A DNA stretch of 64,000 nt from Bdellovibrionales bacterium (lineage in GTDB: Bacteria > Bdellovibrionota > Bdellovibrionia > Bdellovibrionales > UBA1609). Under the pieces are notes generated by a model. That model saw only the letters and a list, made by a program, of their open reading frames with translations, had not been told where the DNA came from and did not search any database. Made by a program: the position numbers and the translations under genes. This document shows positions 48,743-57,528 of this stretch, piece after piece; positions within the stretch are counted from its first letter, which is position 1; every line of letters starts with the position of its first letter. The DNA lies in contig OZ242172.1 in assembly GCA_965205645.1 (NCBI GenBank), positions 348,633 to 412,632 of the forward strand. Reading direction: 5' to 3'.

Positions 48743-49180
48743 TTGTTTTTTACAAGTGGTATCTTAATTGCTTTTTTTTGTTTTGCTTTTTATTTAATTT
48801 GGGATCAATTTTTAAAGAAAGATTCCAGGCTAAGCACGGGTCTTCAGGTTTTAAGAAAAAAAATGAATGAACTGGAGAGTTTATCTGTGCAAATAAGTTC
48901 TCAGATTAGTCGACAGCTATTTTCTTCACAGGAAAAATGTCGGAAATTACAGGAAATGGTGGAGAAGGCACAAGCGGTATGTGATCAGTTGGAAAAACGT
49001 ATTCACGTGGCTGAAAAAAATTCTTCTACTACACGTAAATTAAAAATTGTGCATAAACAGCCTGTTTCAAAACCTGTGCATAAGCAAGAATCGTTGTTTC
49101 AATTTGGCAAATCGCCTTTTAAAGACGTAGATTTTATACCTTCCTCTTCACCGAAAGAAGGTCCAGATTCTTCCTTATAA
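48743..49180 (+). CDS. Hypothetical membrane-anchored coiled-coil protein
   Basis: TTG start preceded by GGAGGAGG. N-terminal TM (GILIAFFCFAFYLIW) followed by a helical region. Confidence 0.45.
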   Translation: MFFTSGILIAFFCFAFYLIWDQFLKKDSRLSTGLQVLRKKMNELESLSVQISSQISRQLFSSQEKCRKLQEMVEKAQAVCDQLEKRIHVAEKNSSTTRKLKIVHKQPVSKPVHKQESLFQFGKSPFKDVDFIPSSSPKEGPDSSL

Positions 49181-49188
49181 TGTAATTA

Positions 49189-49692
49189 TTATTTAATGCT
49201 ATTTTTTACGAATAAACTCATATAATAGCGAATAAGGTAATCAATACTGATAGGTTTATTATTATATGTCCATTTAAGTTCGTTAAAAGGTCCCCATTCT
49301 CCTTTAATAAAATCAGATGGTTCCTGTTGTTTAGTTTCATTACCAGTCATTAAAATGTTGCTGTTAAAGTTCATTCGGATGGACATAAGTCCAGGTTCTT
49401 TAACTGAGAAAATTAACTTATGTCCATGACGAAAAAGCATAAAATCCACTTTGGTGCCCGCAATCCCATAGATGCGTAAACTTCCTAAAAAACCTTTGAT
49501 ATGGTTAAATACGGAACAATGAGAAGTGAAAGCGGATCTTAACTGTTTCATAAATTCGTCAGTGTGTTCCGCTAGTTCGTCTGGAGAAGCTGTTGCTTCC
49601 GGTAGAGAGACTTGCCCGGAAGTTTCCATATCCTGTTCCATGCGAACCAAATTTTTTATCCATTGCATATCTTTGTTTTCTGAAGTGTCCAT
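49189..49692 (-). CDS. Hypothetical protein
   Basis: 167-aa ORF. No family recognised. Confidence 0.4.
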   Translation of the reverse strand: MDTSENKDMQWIKNLVRMEQDMETSGQVSLPEATASPDELAEHTDEFMKQLRSAFTSHCSVFNHIKGFLGSLRIYGIAGTKVDFMLFRHGHKLIFSVKEPGLMSIRMNFNSNILMTGNETKQQEPSDFIKGEWGPFNELKWTYNNKPISIDYLIRYYMSLFVKNSIK

Positions 49693-49952
49693 ATCGTTAT
49701 TTTCCCATTCTTAAAAAGTGCTGGCAAATGCGGGTGAATCATCTAAGGCAGAGCAGCAAAAGTCAAGTGGCAAGTGGCAAGAGGTTATTACAAAGATTTA
49801 TGATAACAAATATTTAGAAAAACCCTCTTGTTGGCTGATTTTTCTGCTTTGCGTCTCCCTTTGTTTGTGGTTATACTATTCAGTGTTAGGGACAAAAATA
49901 ATTGCAGATAATTTGAGCTTAGAAAGTTTAACAATTAAATAGGGAGAATAGC

Positions 49953-50438
49953 ATGAAAAAAGGAATGTTGATGTTGGTGATCAGTTTTATGTTTACTGCT
50001 TGTGTTACAAAAGAAAAAAAAGCAATTGATCTTAACAAATTAATGGGTGCAGGAGCGCAGGATATTTCTTCGCAAGATATTGATATGGATAACAAGGGTA
50101 GTGACGGTGGATCTATTGAAGGTTTAAGCACAGTATATTTTGAATATGATAGTTCTGTTTTGTCAGAAGAGATGAAAGATACTTTACGATCTAATTTAGA
50201 TTGGCTTCGTAATCAGGAAAAAGTCACCCGTGTAGAGTTAGAAGGGCATTGTGATACAATGGGTTCGGAATCATACAATATCGGTCTTGGCCGTCGGCGT
50301 GCTCAAACTGTGAAAAACTTTCTAGTGTCAGAAGGCTTAGATAAGCAGATTTCTATTATTAGTTATGGAGAAGAAAGACCACTTTCCGAGGTGGAACATT
50401 CTAAAAACAGAAGGGTGAATTTCGTTCCCTTATATTAA
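49953..50438 (+). CDS. pal: Peptidoglycan-associated lipoprotein (OmpA-family C-terminal domain)
   Basis: Lipobox FMFTAC. VYFEYDSSVLS...LEGHCDTMGSESYNIGLGRRRAQTVKNFL. Confidence 0.8.
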   Translation: MKKGMLMLVISFMFTACVTKEKKAIDLNKLMGAGAQDISSQDIDMDNKGSDGGSIEGLSTVYFEYDSSVLSEEMKDTLRSNLDWLRNQEKVTRVELEGHCDTMGSESYNIGLGRRRAQTVKNFLVSEGLDKQISIISYGEERPLSEVEHSKNRRVNFVPLY

Positions 50439-50734
50439 TGAAATTCTGTTTGTTGGTCATTCTTTTATGTATGTTGGGTGCTTGTTCTGGTCGGCCTCCT
50501 TTTCTGGAATATACTTTAGCTCGTACGGCTATCCAGTCTGCTAGTCATGCCAGGGCTAAGCAAAACGCAAAATTACAATGGATGAAAGCGATGGGTTATT
50601 ATCATAAAGGTGAGGAAAATTTTAATGATAGACATTATCTGTCTGCTCGTCGATTTTTTAATGAATCTATGCGATGGGCAGAGAAAGCAGAAAATATTAG
50701 TCGGCTTAAACTCGGTACAGGAAGTGGATTGTGA
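50438..50734 (+). CDS. Small lipoprotein (DUF4398-like helical protein)
   Basis: Lipobox MLGAC. ATG overlaps the pal stop (TAATG). Helical, with ARTAIQSASHARAKQNA. Confidence 0.45.
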   Translation: MKFCLLVILLCMLGACSGRPPFLEYTLARTAIQSASHARAKQNAKLQWMKAMGYYHKGEENFNDRHYLSARRFFNESMRWAEKAENISRLKLGTGSGL

Positions 50735-51399
50735 AATATTGGATTATGATTTTTATCCTTTATTCGTGTAGTGGCTGTATGCTGACTCGTGCAGGTATGA
50801 AGCAAGCTGGAGTATGGGGTAGGGGTAACTCCGCTATGGATCCTTCTTCTGCAGATAAATCTCTCAGTAGTCATCACACTCAGCGGTCACTAAATTTAGC
50901 CTCTGAAGATGTAGTAGAAAAACCAGAACAGACAGCTATCACATCGGAGAATCAGCCAGTGGATACTTCTGCGCGACTTTTACAACTGGAAGGTTATTTG
51001 CGGGAATTAAGAGGACAAGTGGAAGTGTTGGATAAAGTACAAAAGGATCAAGCTTTTCTCATTCAAGCTTTAGATTCTCGTCTGATTGATTTATCTAAAA
51101 AAAGTGAAGCACAAAATGCACCAAAAGATTCGTCACAATTGACTAAGGAAGAGTCTTTTAATCAAGCGGAACTGTTTTTTCAAAAACAACAATGGAAGTC
51201 GGCGATTGTATATTATGAGCAATATCGGAAAGATAACAAAAAAGGACCTCTTTATAAAAAAGCAACATTTCAAATTGGTCTTTGTTTTAAGGAATTAAAG
51301 ATGAAAAAGGAAATGCGGGTATTTTTTCAAGAACTGATTCATCTATTTCCTAAAAGCTCAGAGGCTAAAAAAGCTCGTCAATGGTTGAAACAAAAATAA
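50731..51399 (+). CDS. cpoB: Tol-Pal system protein CpoB/YbgF-like (coiled coil plus C-terminal TPR)
   Basis: Signal or lipobox, N-terminal coiled coil (LLQLEGYLRELRGQVEVL), C-terminal TPR (FNQAELFFQKQQWKSAIVYYEQY). Lies downstream of pal. Confidence 0.6.
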   Translation: MKYWIMIFILYSCSGCMLTRAGMKQAGVWGRGNSAMDPSSADKSLSSHHTQRSLNLASEDVVEKPEQTAITSENQPVDTSARLLQLEGYLRELRGQVEVLDKVQKDQAFLIQALDSRLIDLSKKSEAQNAPKDSSQLTKEESFNQAELFFQKQQWKSAIVYYEQYRKDNKKGPLYKKATFQIGLCFKELKMKKEMRVFFQELIHLFPKSSEAKKARQWLKQK

Positions 51400-51483
51400 T
51401 TCACAGTTTAAATCAATAACATCTTTAGAAAGTATAAAAATAAATATTAATGAAGCACAAGACAGGTGCTATAACAGTCTGTG

Positions 51484-52518
51484 ATGAAGAAAATTTTAGC
51501 TGTAGAGACTAGCTGTGATGATACAGCAGTGGCAGTGGTGCGGGCAGATGGTTTCGTAGAACACCATCTGGAAGTACACCAGCATACAGTGCATCAATCC
51601 TATGGTGGCATTGTACCGGAGCTAGCCAGTCGGAATCATGTGCATCATTTGCTACCTTTAATCAAGCAAGTATTGGAGGAAAGCCATAATTCTTGGGAGG
51701 ATATTTCTGGATTGGCGGTAACTAATCGGCCTGGTCTGGTAGGTGCTTTAATGGTTGGGTTAGTGACGATTAAAACTTTGTCTTTGGTAATGAAAAAACC
51801 TTATGTAGCGGTTAACCATGTAGAGGGACATTTACTATCTCCTTTTTTATGGGACAAAGAATGTGTGAAACCTTCGCAGCTTTCTTTTCCTTTTTTAGCT
51901 TTGATTGTTAGTGGTGCTCATACGCATCTGTTTGTTGTAGAGGAAGCCAGTCGGTATCGCTTAATTGGACATACAGTAGATGATGCAGCCGGGGAGGCGC
52001 TGGATAAATTTGCGAGACAACTGGGACTAGGATATCCTGGCGGGGCTAAAATAGATAAGCTTTCCCAAGGGGCTGAGCTGGGTCAATATCACTTTCCTTT
52101 AGTACAATTAAAAAAGAGCGAGCTAAATTTTAGTTTTTCAGGGTTAAAAACAGCTGCTGGGCGAAAATTACAAAAGCTAGGGGATCGGAAAGATAAAAAA
52201 TGGATATCTAATTTATGTGCGGATTACCAAGAGGCGATTGTGGATCATACTATTTCCCGTTTGGAAAAAGCGATTCAGAAATTTAGTTTACGCAACGTAA
52301 TGATTGCAGGAGGCGTGAGTGCTAATTCCAGATTACGTGTAAAATCTCATACTTGGGCAAATAAAAATGGAGTGTCGTTAGTGTTGCCGCAAAGTCGGTA
52401 TTGTACAGACAATGCAGCGATGATCGGTTATGCAGCTTTTGCACCTTTTCTGAAAGGGCAATATAGTCATCAAGATACTAATTGTTATCCTTATACATTG
52501 CCATCGGATTTTTTATGA
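51484..52518 (+). CDS. tsaD: tRNA N6-adenosine threonylcarbamoyltransferase
   Basis: ILAVETSCDDTAVAVV, GGIVPELASRNH, NHVEGHL, VSGAHT, AGGVSAN. Confidence 0.85.
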   Translation: MKKILAVETSCDDTAVAVVRADGFVEHHLEVHQHTVHQSYGGIVPELASRNHVHHLLPLIKQVLEESHNSWEDISGLAVTNRPGLVGALMVGLVTIKTLSLVMKKPYVAVNHVEGHLLSPFLWDKECVKPSQLSFPFLALIVSGAHTHLFVVEEASRYRLIGHTVDDAAGEALDKFARQLGLGYPGGAKIDKLSQGAELGQYHFPLVQLKKSELNFSFSGLKTAAGRKLQKLGDRKDKKWISNLCADYQEAIVDHTISRLEKAIQKFSLRNVMIAGGVSANSRLRVKSHTWANKNGVSLVLPQSRYCTDNAAMIGYAAFAPFLKGQYSHQDTNCYPYTLPSDFL

Positions 52519-53321
52519 ATGTACGAGAGATTAAAAATACAATACAAGAATTAAATTTCACACCAAAAAAATTTTTAGGGCAGCATTTTTTAACAAATAC
52601 AGCATTGATTCAGAAAATGATCACTGCAGTTAAAAAATTTGATCCAGCATTTATTATAGAAGTGGGACCAGGCTTAGGAGCATTAACAAAACCGCTAATG
52701 GATTTAAGTATTCCTTTGGTAGTCATAGAGCGAGATGTTATTTTATGCCGGTACTGGGAAAATAAAATATCTATTATTAAAGGGGATGCATTGAAAAGTA
52801 ATTGGATAGATTATTTAAAGCCTTCATCTTTGTTGGTTGGTAATTTACCTTATCAGATAGCTAGCCGTTTAGTGGTGCAGTGTTCGCAAAATATCCAACA
52901 TTTACGTTATATGGTATTGATGTTTCAAAAGGAAGTGGCTGAAAGAATTTGTGCGAAATCTCATTCTAAAAATTATGGATTATTGAGTGTATTGTCGCAA
53001 TCTGTTTGGGAAATAAAACACTTGGCGGGAGCTGATCCAAAAGATTTTTATCCACAGCCAAAGGTTTCTTCCAGCGTTTTGCTCTTTCAGAAAAAATCAG
53101 CGGGTGATGTTGTTTCTGATCTATCCGCATTTACTGAATTTATTAAATTATGTTTTACTCAGCGTAGGAAATTTTTGTTTAATCGGCTACAAAAGAAATT
53201 TGGAGCTAATCATGCGAAGGGTGTGTTTAATAAAATGGGGCTTTTATTATCTGTGCGAGCAGAGGAAGTGTCTGTGGGGCAGTTTGTGCATTTGTTTTGT
53301 CAGTTAAATAGATTGAAATAA
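52515..53321 (+). CDS. rsmA: 16S rRNA (adenine1518/1519-N6)-dimethyltransferase
   Basis: KKFLGQHFL, IIEVGPGLGALT, VGNLPYQI. ATGA overlap with tsaD. Confidence 0.85.
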   Translation: MNVREIKNTIQELNFTPKKFLGQHFLTNTALIQKMITAVKKFDPAFIIEVGPGLGALTKPLMDLSIPLVVIERDVILCRYWENKISIIKGDALKSNWIDYLKPSSLLVGNLPYQIASRLVVQCSQNIQHLRYMVLMFQKEVAERICAKSHSKNYGLLSVLSQSVWEIKHLAGADPKDFYPQPKVSSSVLLFQKKSAGDVVSDLSAFTEFIKLCFTQRRKFLFNRLQKKFGANHAKGVFNKMGLLLSVRAEEVSVGQFVHLFCQLNRLK

Positions 53322-53377
53322 AATTGATAAAAATAAATTTTTATTTTTTAAAAATTAATTTGTTTGCGTGAGGAAGA

Positions 53378-53863
53378 ATGAAAGCGGATACGAAAAATTC
53401 TAAGAAAGAGGATAATCATGTTATCGTGGCTACTCATCGCCGAGCTAAATTAGATTATTCAGTTTTGGATACTTGGGAAGCGGGATTAGTGCTACAAGGT
53501 TCAGAAGTAAAGTCTTTAAGAAAAAAACAGTGCCAGTTAAAAAATGCTTACGTTGTATTTCAAAAGAATGAAGCTTTTTTGCTGCATTTACATATTAGCC
53601 ATTATACTCCAGCAGCTTCTCGGAATCACGATCCAGAGCGAAAGAGAAAAATTTTACTGAATCGTTATGAATTGCTGAGATTATCTGGTCAGATTCATCA
53701 AAAAGGACTTTCGTGTATTCCTTTAAAAGTTTATTTTAGAAAACAGAAGGCTAAAGTGCAGTTAGCCTTGGTAAAAGGTAGAAGGAAGAGAGATAAAAGA
53801 GAGTATATTAAGAAAAAAGAAATGACCAAATCCGTGCGGCGTGCACTTCGCCGAGATAGATAA
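53378..53863 (+). CDS. smpB: SsrA-binding protein
   Basis: ATHRRAKLDYSVLDTWEAGLVLQGSEVKSLR, HISHYTP, DPERKRKILL, basic C-terminal tail. Confidence 0.85.
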   Translation: MKADTKNSKKEDNHVIVATHRRAKLDYSVLDTWEAGLVLQGSEVKSLRKKQCQLKNAYVVFQKNEAFLLHLHISHYTPAASRNHDPERKRKILLNRYELLRLSGQIHQKGLSCIPLKVYFRKQKAKVQLALVKGRRKRDKREYIKKKEMTKSVRRALRRDR

Positions 53864-54145
53864 TTTCGTAGTTAATTGTTTTTATTTATTGTTGATTGTA
53901 TTCACGGTTTATCTACAAACTATTTTATGAAATTTTTCCATTTTTCCTCCTTCCTAGGAGGCAATAGATAGTTGTATCTGATGATTAGCATATTTATATG
54001 GGTTAGTAGCAATAATGTTACTATTTTATTGATTTTTTAAATATAAAATTTACTAATGTTTAAAGATATTGCATGTGCTGATGGTTTATATTATTACTTA
54101 CTTAAATGAAGGCAAGCTACGGCTTGTGTTGGAGGAAGTTATTTT

Positions 54146-54616
54146 ATGAAGTTACATATTTTACGTATCGCTTGTTTGTTAGGGATAATTTTTGCTTATT
54201 CACTTTCTTGTTCTAAGACTACGAAAGAAACTACAAAGACATCCACAGGTGAGGAGGTTGAAAAAATAATATCACGTGGTGATGGTAAAACATGTGAAGT
54301 AGATCCTGTATGCGCTTATAACTATTTTCATGACTGCTGTGATCAAAGGGACAACTGTAAATGGTCAGAAAATCAAGGTGGAAGATGTGTCGCTAAAGAT
54401 TGTCTTAATACATCTTATTGTCCTAGCAAGGACACCATGGACTGTTGTAAACAAGATTCAAATTGTACATGGTTACATGGTCAATGTTTAGTTGCTGTTT
54501 GTCCTGAAAAAAAATACCTACCTTTATGCAGTAAAAGAGGGACTCAAGTTTGCTGTGAAGAATCACCTACGTGTGGTTGGATTAGTTCGCATAACAAGTG
54601 TGCTTCAGTAGAATAA
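54146..54616 (+). CDS. Cys-rich secreted lipoprotein with three internal C...CC...C.W...C modules
   Basis: Lipobox YSLSC. Modules are CAYNYFHDCCDQRDNCKWSENQGGRC, CPSKDTMDCCKQDSNCTWLHGQC and CSKRGTQVCCEESPTCGWISSHNKC. Confidence 0.6.
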   Translation: MKLHILRIACLLGIIFAYSLSCSKTTKETTKTSTGEEVEKIISRGDGKTCEVDPVCAYNYFHDCCDQRDNCKWSENQGGRCVAKDCLNTSYCPSKDTMDCCKQDSNCTWLHGQCLVAVCPEKKYLPLCSKRGTQVCCEESPTCGWISSHNKCASVE

Positions 54617-54658
54617 ACAAGGTTCATGATGATTTAAGAGGGTTATTCTCCAGTCTCT

Positions 54659-55654
54659 CTAGCCACAACCCCATTCACTATGAGTGTGACGAGATATTGT
54701 ATCATTCTCCAGTCTCTCTAGCCATCCATCTTCAAATATTCTAAGAAATGAAAAACATTTCCTCCATTGTATCCATGATCTGTGGCTTTCCCGATTCTCT
54801 CTAGCTACTTTCCAGTTCTCTTCTCTTGCCTTATCCTCTGTCTGCAATCGCAATTTATGCTTTTCTAAATTATGCTCATACTCCGCCTGAGCTTTGGCCT
54901 GAGCTATTATGTTATTTTGATATACAAGAGGTATTTTATGGACAGGTGTTACGCTTTCAACCTGCTTGGTTTGATGTTCATTGTTTATTTCCTGTAACTT
55001 AGCCTGTAATTCATCGTCTATTTCCTGCAACCTAGCCTTGTAATTCAGCCTCCCTTTTATTGACTCTTGTATCTTGGCTTGATGTTCATCGTCTATTTCT
55101 TGCAACTTAGCCTGTAATTCATCGTCTATTTCCTGCAACCTAGCTTGTAATTCAGCCTCCCTTTTATTGACTTGTATCTTGGCTTGATGTTCATCGTCTA
55201 TTTCTTGCAACTTAGCCTGTAATTCAAACCTAGCTTGTAATTCAGCCTCCCTTTTATTGACTTGTATCTTGGCTTGATGTTCATCGTCTATTTCTTGCAA
55301 CCTAGCTTGTAATTCAGCCTCCCTTTTATTGACTTGTATCTTGGCTTGATGTTCATCGTCTATTTCTTGCAACTTAGCCTGTAATTCATCGTCTATTTCC
55401 TGCAACCTAGCTTCTTGTAATTCAGCATCCCTTTTATTGACTTGTATCTTGGTTTGATATTCATCGTCTATTTCTTGCAACTTAGCTTGTAATTCAGCCT
55501 CTATTGCTTCTATTTTTTGAGGTAAATTTGCCCTTGCAGCATCAGCTTTTCTTTGCAGATCTTGTATCTCCCTATCAGTTACTGTTGCTGAAGTCTGACC
55601 GACACTGAATGCAACAAATATATAAAATAACGACAAATATCCCATCTTAAGCAT
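54659..55654 (-). CDS. Secreted coiled-coil protein built of tandem LQEIDDE(L/H)QAK...IQVNKREAELQAR repeats
   Basis: Signal peptide MLKMGYLSLFYIFVAFSVGQTSA. About 9 imperfect repeats are visible in the protein and as DNA tandem repeats. Confidence 0.6.
   Translation of the reverse strand: MLKMGYLSLFYIFVAFSVGQTSATVTDREIQDLQRKADAARANLPQKIEAIEAELQAKLQEIDDEYQTKIQVNKRDAELQEARLQEIDDELQAKLQEIDDEHQAKIQVNKREAELQARLQEIDDEHQAKIQVNKREAELQARFELQAKLQEIDDEHQAKIQVNKREAELQARLQEIDDELQAKLQEIDDEHQAKIQESIKGRLNYKARLQEIDDELQAKLQEINNEHQTKQVESVTPVHKIPLVYQNNIIAQAKAQAEYEHNLEKHKLRLQTEDKAREENWKVARENRESHRSWIQWRKCFSFLRIFEDGWLERLENDTISRHTHSEWGCG
54970..55500. repeat. Imperfect coding tandem-repeat array inside the coiled-coil gene
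   Basis: The unit core TTGATGTTCATCGTCTATTTCTTGCAAC(T/C)TAGC(C/T)TGTAATTC recurs about six times. Spacings vary from roughly 70 to 110 bp. Sub-modules are gained or lost between units. Confidence 0.8.
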
Positions 55655-55809
55655 CCTTTTTCAATGGCCTTATGTATGAATCTGTTTCCTATCCCTGCTT
55701 TATAGTAATGTAAAGCCATTTACCGAACAATTAGTTTTTAATTTTTTAATTTTCAGCGTATAAAATTTACACATATCCACAATAGCAAACTTTATATTGC
55801 CCCAAAGGG

Positions 55810-56025
55810 GTAAAAGAGGGACTCAAGTTTGCTGTGAAGAATCACCTGACTGTGGTTGGGTTAGTTCGCATAACAAGTGTGCTTCAGTAGAATAAACAAA
55901 TTAGTTTCTTTATTTTTAATGTGCTGATTACAACATTTTCAGTTTGTTAGATTCTGCTAGATGTTGTGTGTGTTGATCATTACATCTGCTGCTGCTGTTG
56001 CTGCAGTTTTTGTTTTGCGCATGAA
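55810..56025. repeat. Junction-duplicate B: copy of the 3' end of the Cys-rich gene (54531-54616) fused to a copy of the 3' end of the 338-aa gene (58900-59030 region)
   Basis: GTAAAAGAGGGACTCAAGTTTGCTGTGAAGAATCACCT...GTGCTTCAGTAGAATAAAC matches 54531-54618. The following AATTAGTTTCTTTATTTTTAATGTG.TGATTACAACATTTTCAGTTTGTT.GATTCTGCTAGATGTTGTGTGTGTTGATC matches 58900-58980. Confidence 0.85.
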
Positions 56026-56185
56026 ATTTAATTCATTAAATGAACCATATAAATCTTAGGCTAATAGTTAAAGTATAACTAAGAAAATAAAAAAGCTAAG
56101 ATAGCCAATAATATCTGTTTTTTTGTGCCAAAATTTTTATGTAATATTGCTTGTTAATGGCAGATTATCATGATAAATTATATTT

Positions 56186-57331
56186 ATGAGACAAATTATC
56201 ACAAGATGCTTAGATATATCTTTGGAGCGTGGGCAATCGGCTTTTCTTTGGGGGCCTCGCCGGGTAGGGAAAACTTATTGGTTAAAGCATCATTTTTTAA
56301 AGCCTCAGTATCATTTTATTGATTTACTAAAAACAGATACTTATTTTGAATATGTCTCTCGACCGGCTTTATTGAGAGAAAGGTGGAAGGGACAATTAAC
56401 TGTCATTGATGAGATTCAAAAAGTGCCAGCTTTGCTGGATGAAATTCATTGGCTGATTGAAAATAAATCTGCTTCTTTTTTATTAACCGGTTCTAGCGCT
56501 AGAAAACTTAGACGGAGTCATTCAAATCTGCTGGCTGGGAGAGCTTGGCGTTTTGAAATGTCTCCTCTTTCTTTTTATGAAACGAAAGGTTTTATTTTAG
56601 AAAAAGCTTTAATAACAGGATTACTTCCTTCTCATTTTTTATCCTCCTCTCCTTTAAGGGATTTAAGATCTTATGTTGCTGATTATCTCAAAGAGGAGAT
56701 TGCTATGGAATCTCTAGTGAGAAACATACCGGCTTTTACTGAGTTTTTAAGAACAGCAGCTCTAACTAGTTCAGAACTTTTGAACTATACAAATATGGCT
56801 AGAGAAACAGGCATAAAAGCCAAGGTGGTTCGGAGTTATTTTGAGATTTTAGAGGATACTTTTTTAGGTTATCGCCTTTCGCCTTGGAGATCATCTAAAA
56901 ATCGCAGGACAATTTTGACGGATAAATTTTATTTCTTTGATGTTGGAGTGGCTAATTATTTGGCAAAGAGAAATCCTCAAGTAGGTAACGAAGCTTTTGG
57001 AAAAAGTTTTGAACATTATATTTTGATGGAACTAATGAGTTACAAAAAATATAAAAATCCGGAGCTGGATATACATTATTGGAGGACGGCTTCTGGTTAT
57101 GAAGTAGATTTTATTTGCGGTGATATGCATACAGCAATTGAAGTAAAATCTTCCAGGAGAATACATAGTAACCATTTAAAAGGACTTAAAGCTTTGAAGA
57201 AAGAATGGAAAGTTAAAAATTTAATGGTGGTATGTTTAGAAAAACAAACTCGGGTGGTGGATAAAAATATATTCATTCTTCCTTGGAGAGTATTTCTGAA
57301 GAAACTTTGGAAAGAAGAACTAATTTCTTAA
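56186..57331 (+). CDS. AAA_14/DUF4143-type ATPase (paralog)
   Basis: Walker A GPRRVGKTY, Walker B LTVIDEIQ, LLTGSSARK, YEVDFICGDMHTAIEVKSS, C-terminal PWRVFLKKLWKEE. Confidence 0.8.
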   Translation: MRQIITRCLDISLERGQSAFLWGPRRVGKTYWLKHHFLKPQYHFIDLLKTDTYFEYVSRPALLRERWKGQLTVIDEIQKVPALLDEIHWLIENKSASFLLTGSSARKLRRSHSNLLAGRAWRFEMSPLSFYETKGFILEKALITGLLPSHFLSSSPLRDLRSYVADYLKEEIAMESLVRNIPAFTEFLRTAALTSSELLNYTNMARETGIKAKVVRSYFEILEDTFLGYRLSPWRSSKNRRTILTDKFYFFDVGVANYLAKRNPQVGNEAFGKSFEHYILMELMSYKKYKNPELDIHYWRTASGYEVDFICGDMHTAIEVKSSRRIHSNHLKGLKALKKEWKVKNLMVVCLEKQTRVVDKNIFILPWRVFLKKLWKEELIS

Positions 57332-57333
57332 GC

Positions 57334-57500
57334 ATTACAACATTTTCAGTTTGTTAGATTCTGCTAGATGTTGTGTGTGTTGATCCTTCATTTGCTGCTG
57401 TTGCTGCTGCAGTTTTTGTTTTTTTTGCGCGTGAAACTCAATGTTGGCAGTCAGTAATATTAAAAGACGATTGTCGGGATATAAATTCCTAATCGCAGTT
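57334..57500. repeat. Junction-duplicate C: near-identical copy of the 3' end of the 338-aa gene (58929-59095)
   Basis: ATTACAACATTTTCAGTTTGTTAGATTCTGCTAGATG...GCGCGTGAAACTCAATGTTGGCAGTCAGTAATATTAAAAGACGATTGTCGGGATATAAATT matches 58929 onward with few mismatches. It starts 2 nt after the ATPase stop. Confidence 0.85.
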
Positions 57501-57528
57501 ATCACTTTATTAAAATTACAAAATAAGC

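Noticed and set aside
53864-54145. Looked for tmRNA (ssrA) downstream of smpB
   Set aside because: There is no GGGG...tRNA-Ala-like acceptor or T-arm, no tag-peptide reading frame and no CCA-ended 3' structure. The region is plain AT-rich spacer.
54970-55500. Regularly spaced repeats that might be taken for a CRISPR array
   Set aside because: The repeats are contiguous with no unique spacers. They are in-frame and encode the LQEIDDE.../IQVNKREAELQAR protein repeats of the 331-aa gene.
55960-56010. CTG/CAG-type trinucleotide tract (also at 57385-57415 and 58985-59015)
   Set aside because: It is not an independent microsatellite. It is the poly-Gln coding tract of the 338-aa gene and of its duplicated 3' fragments.
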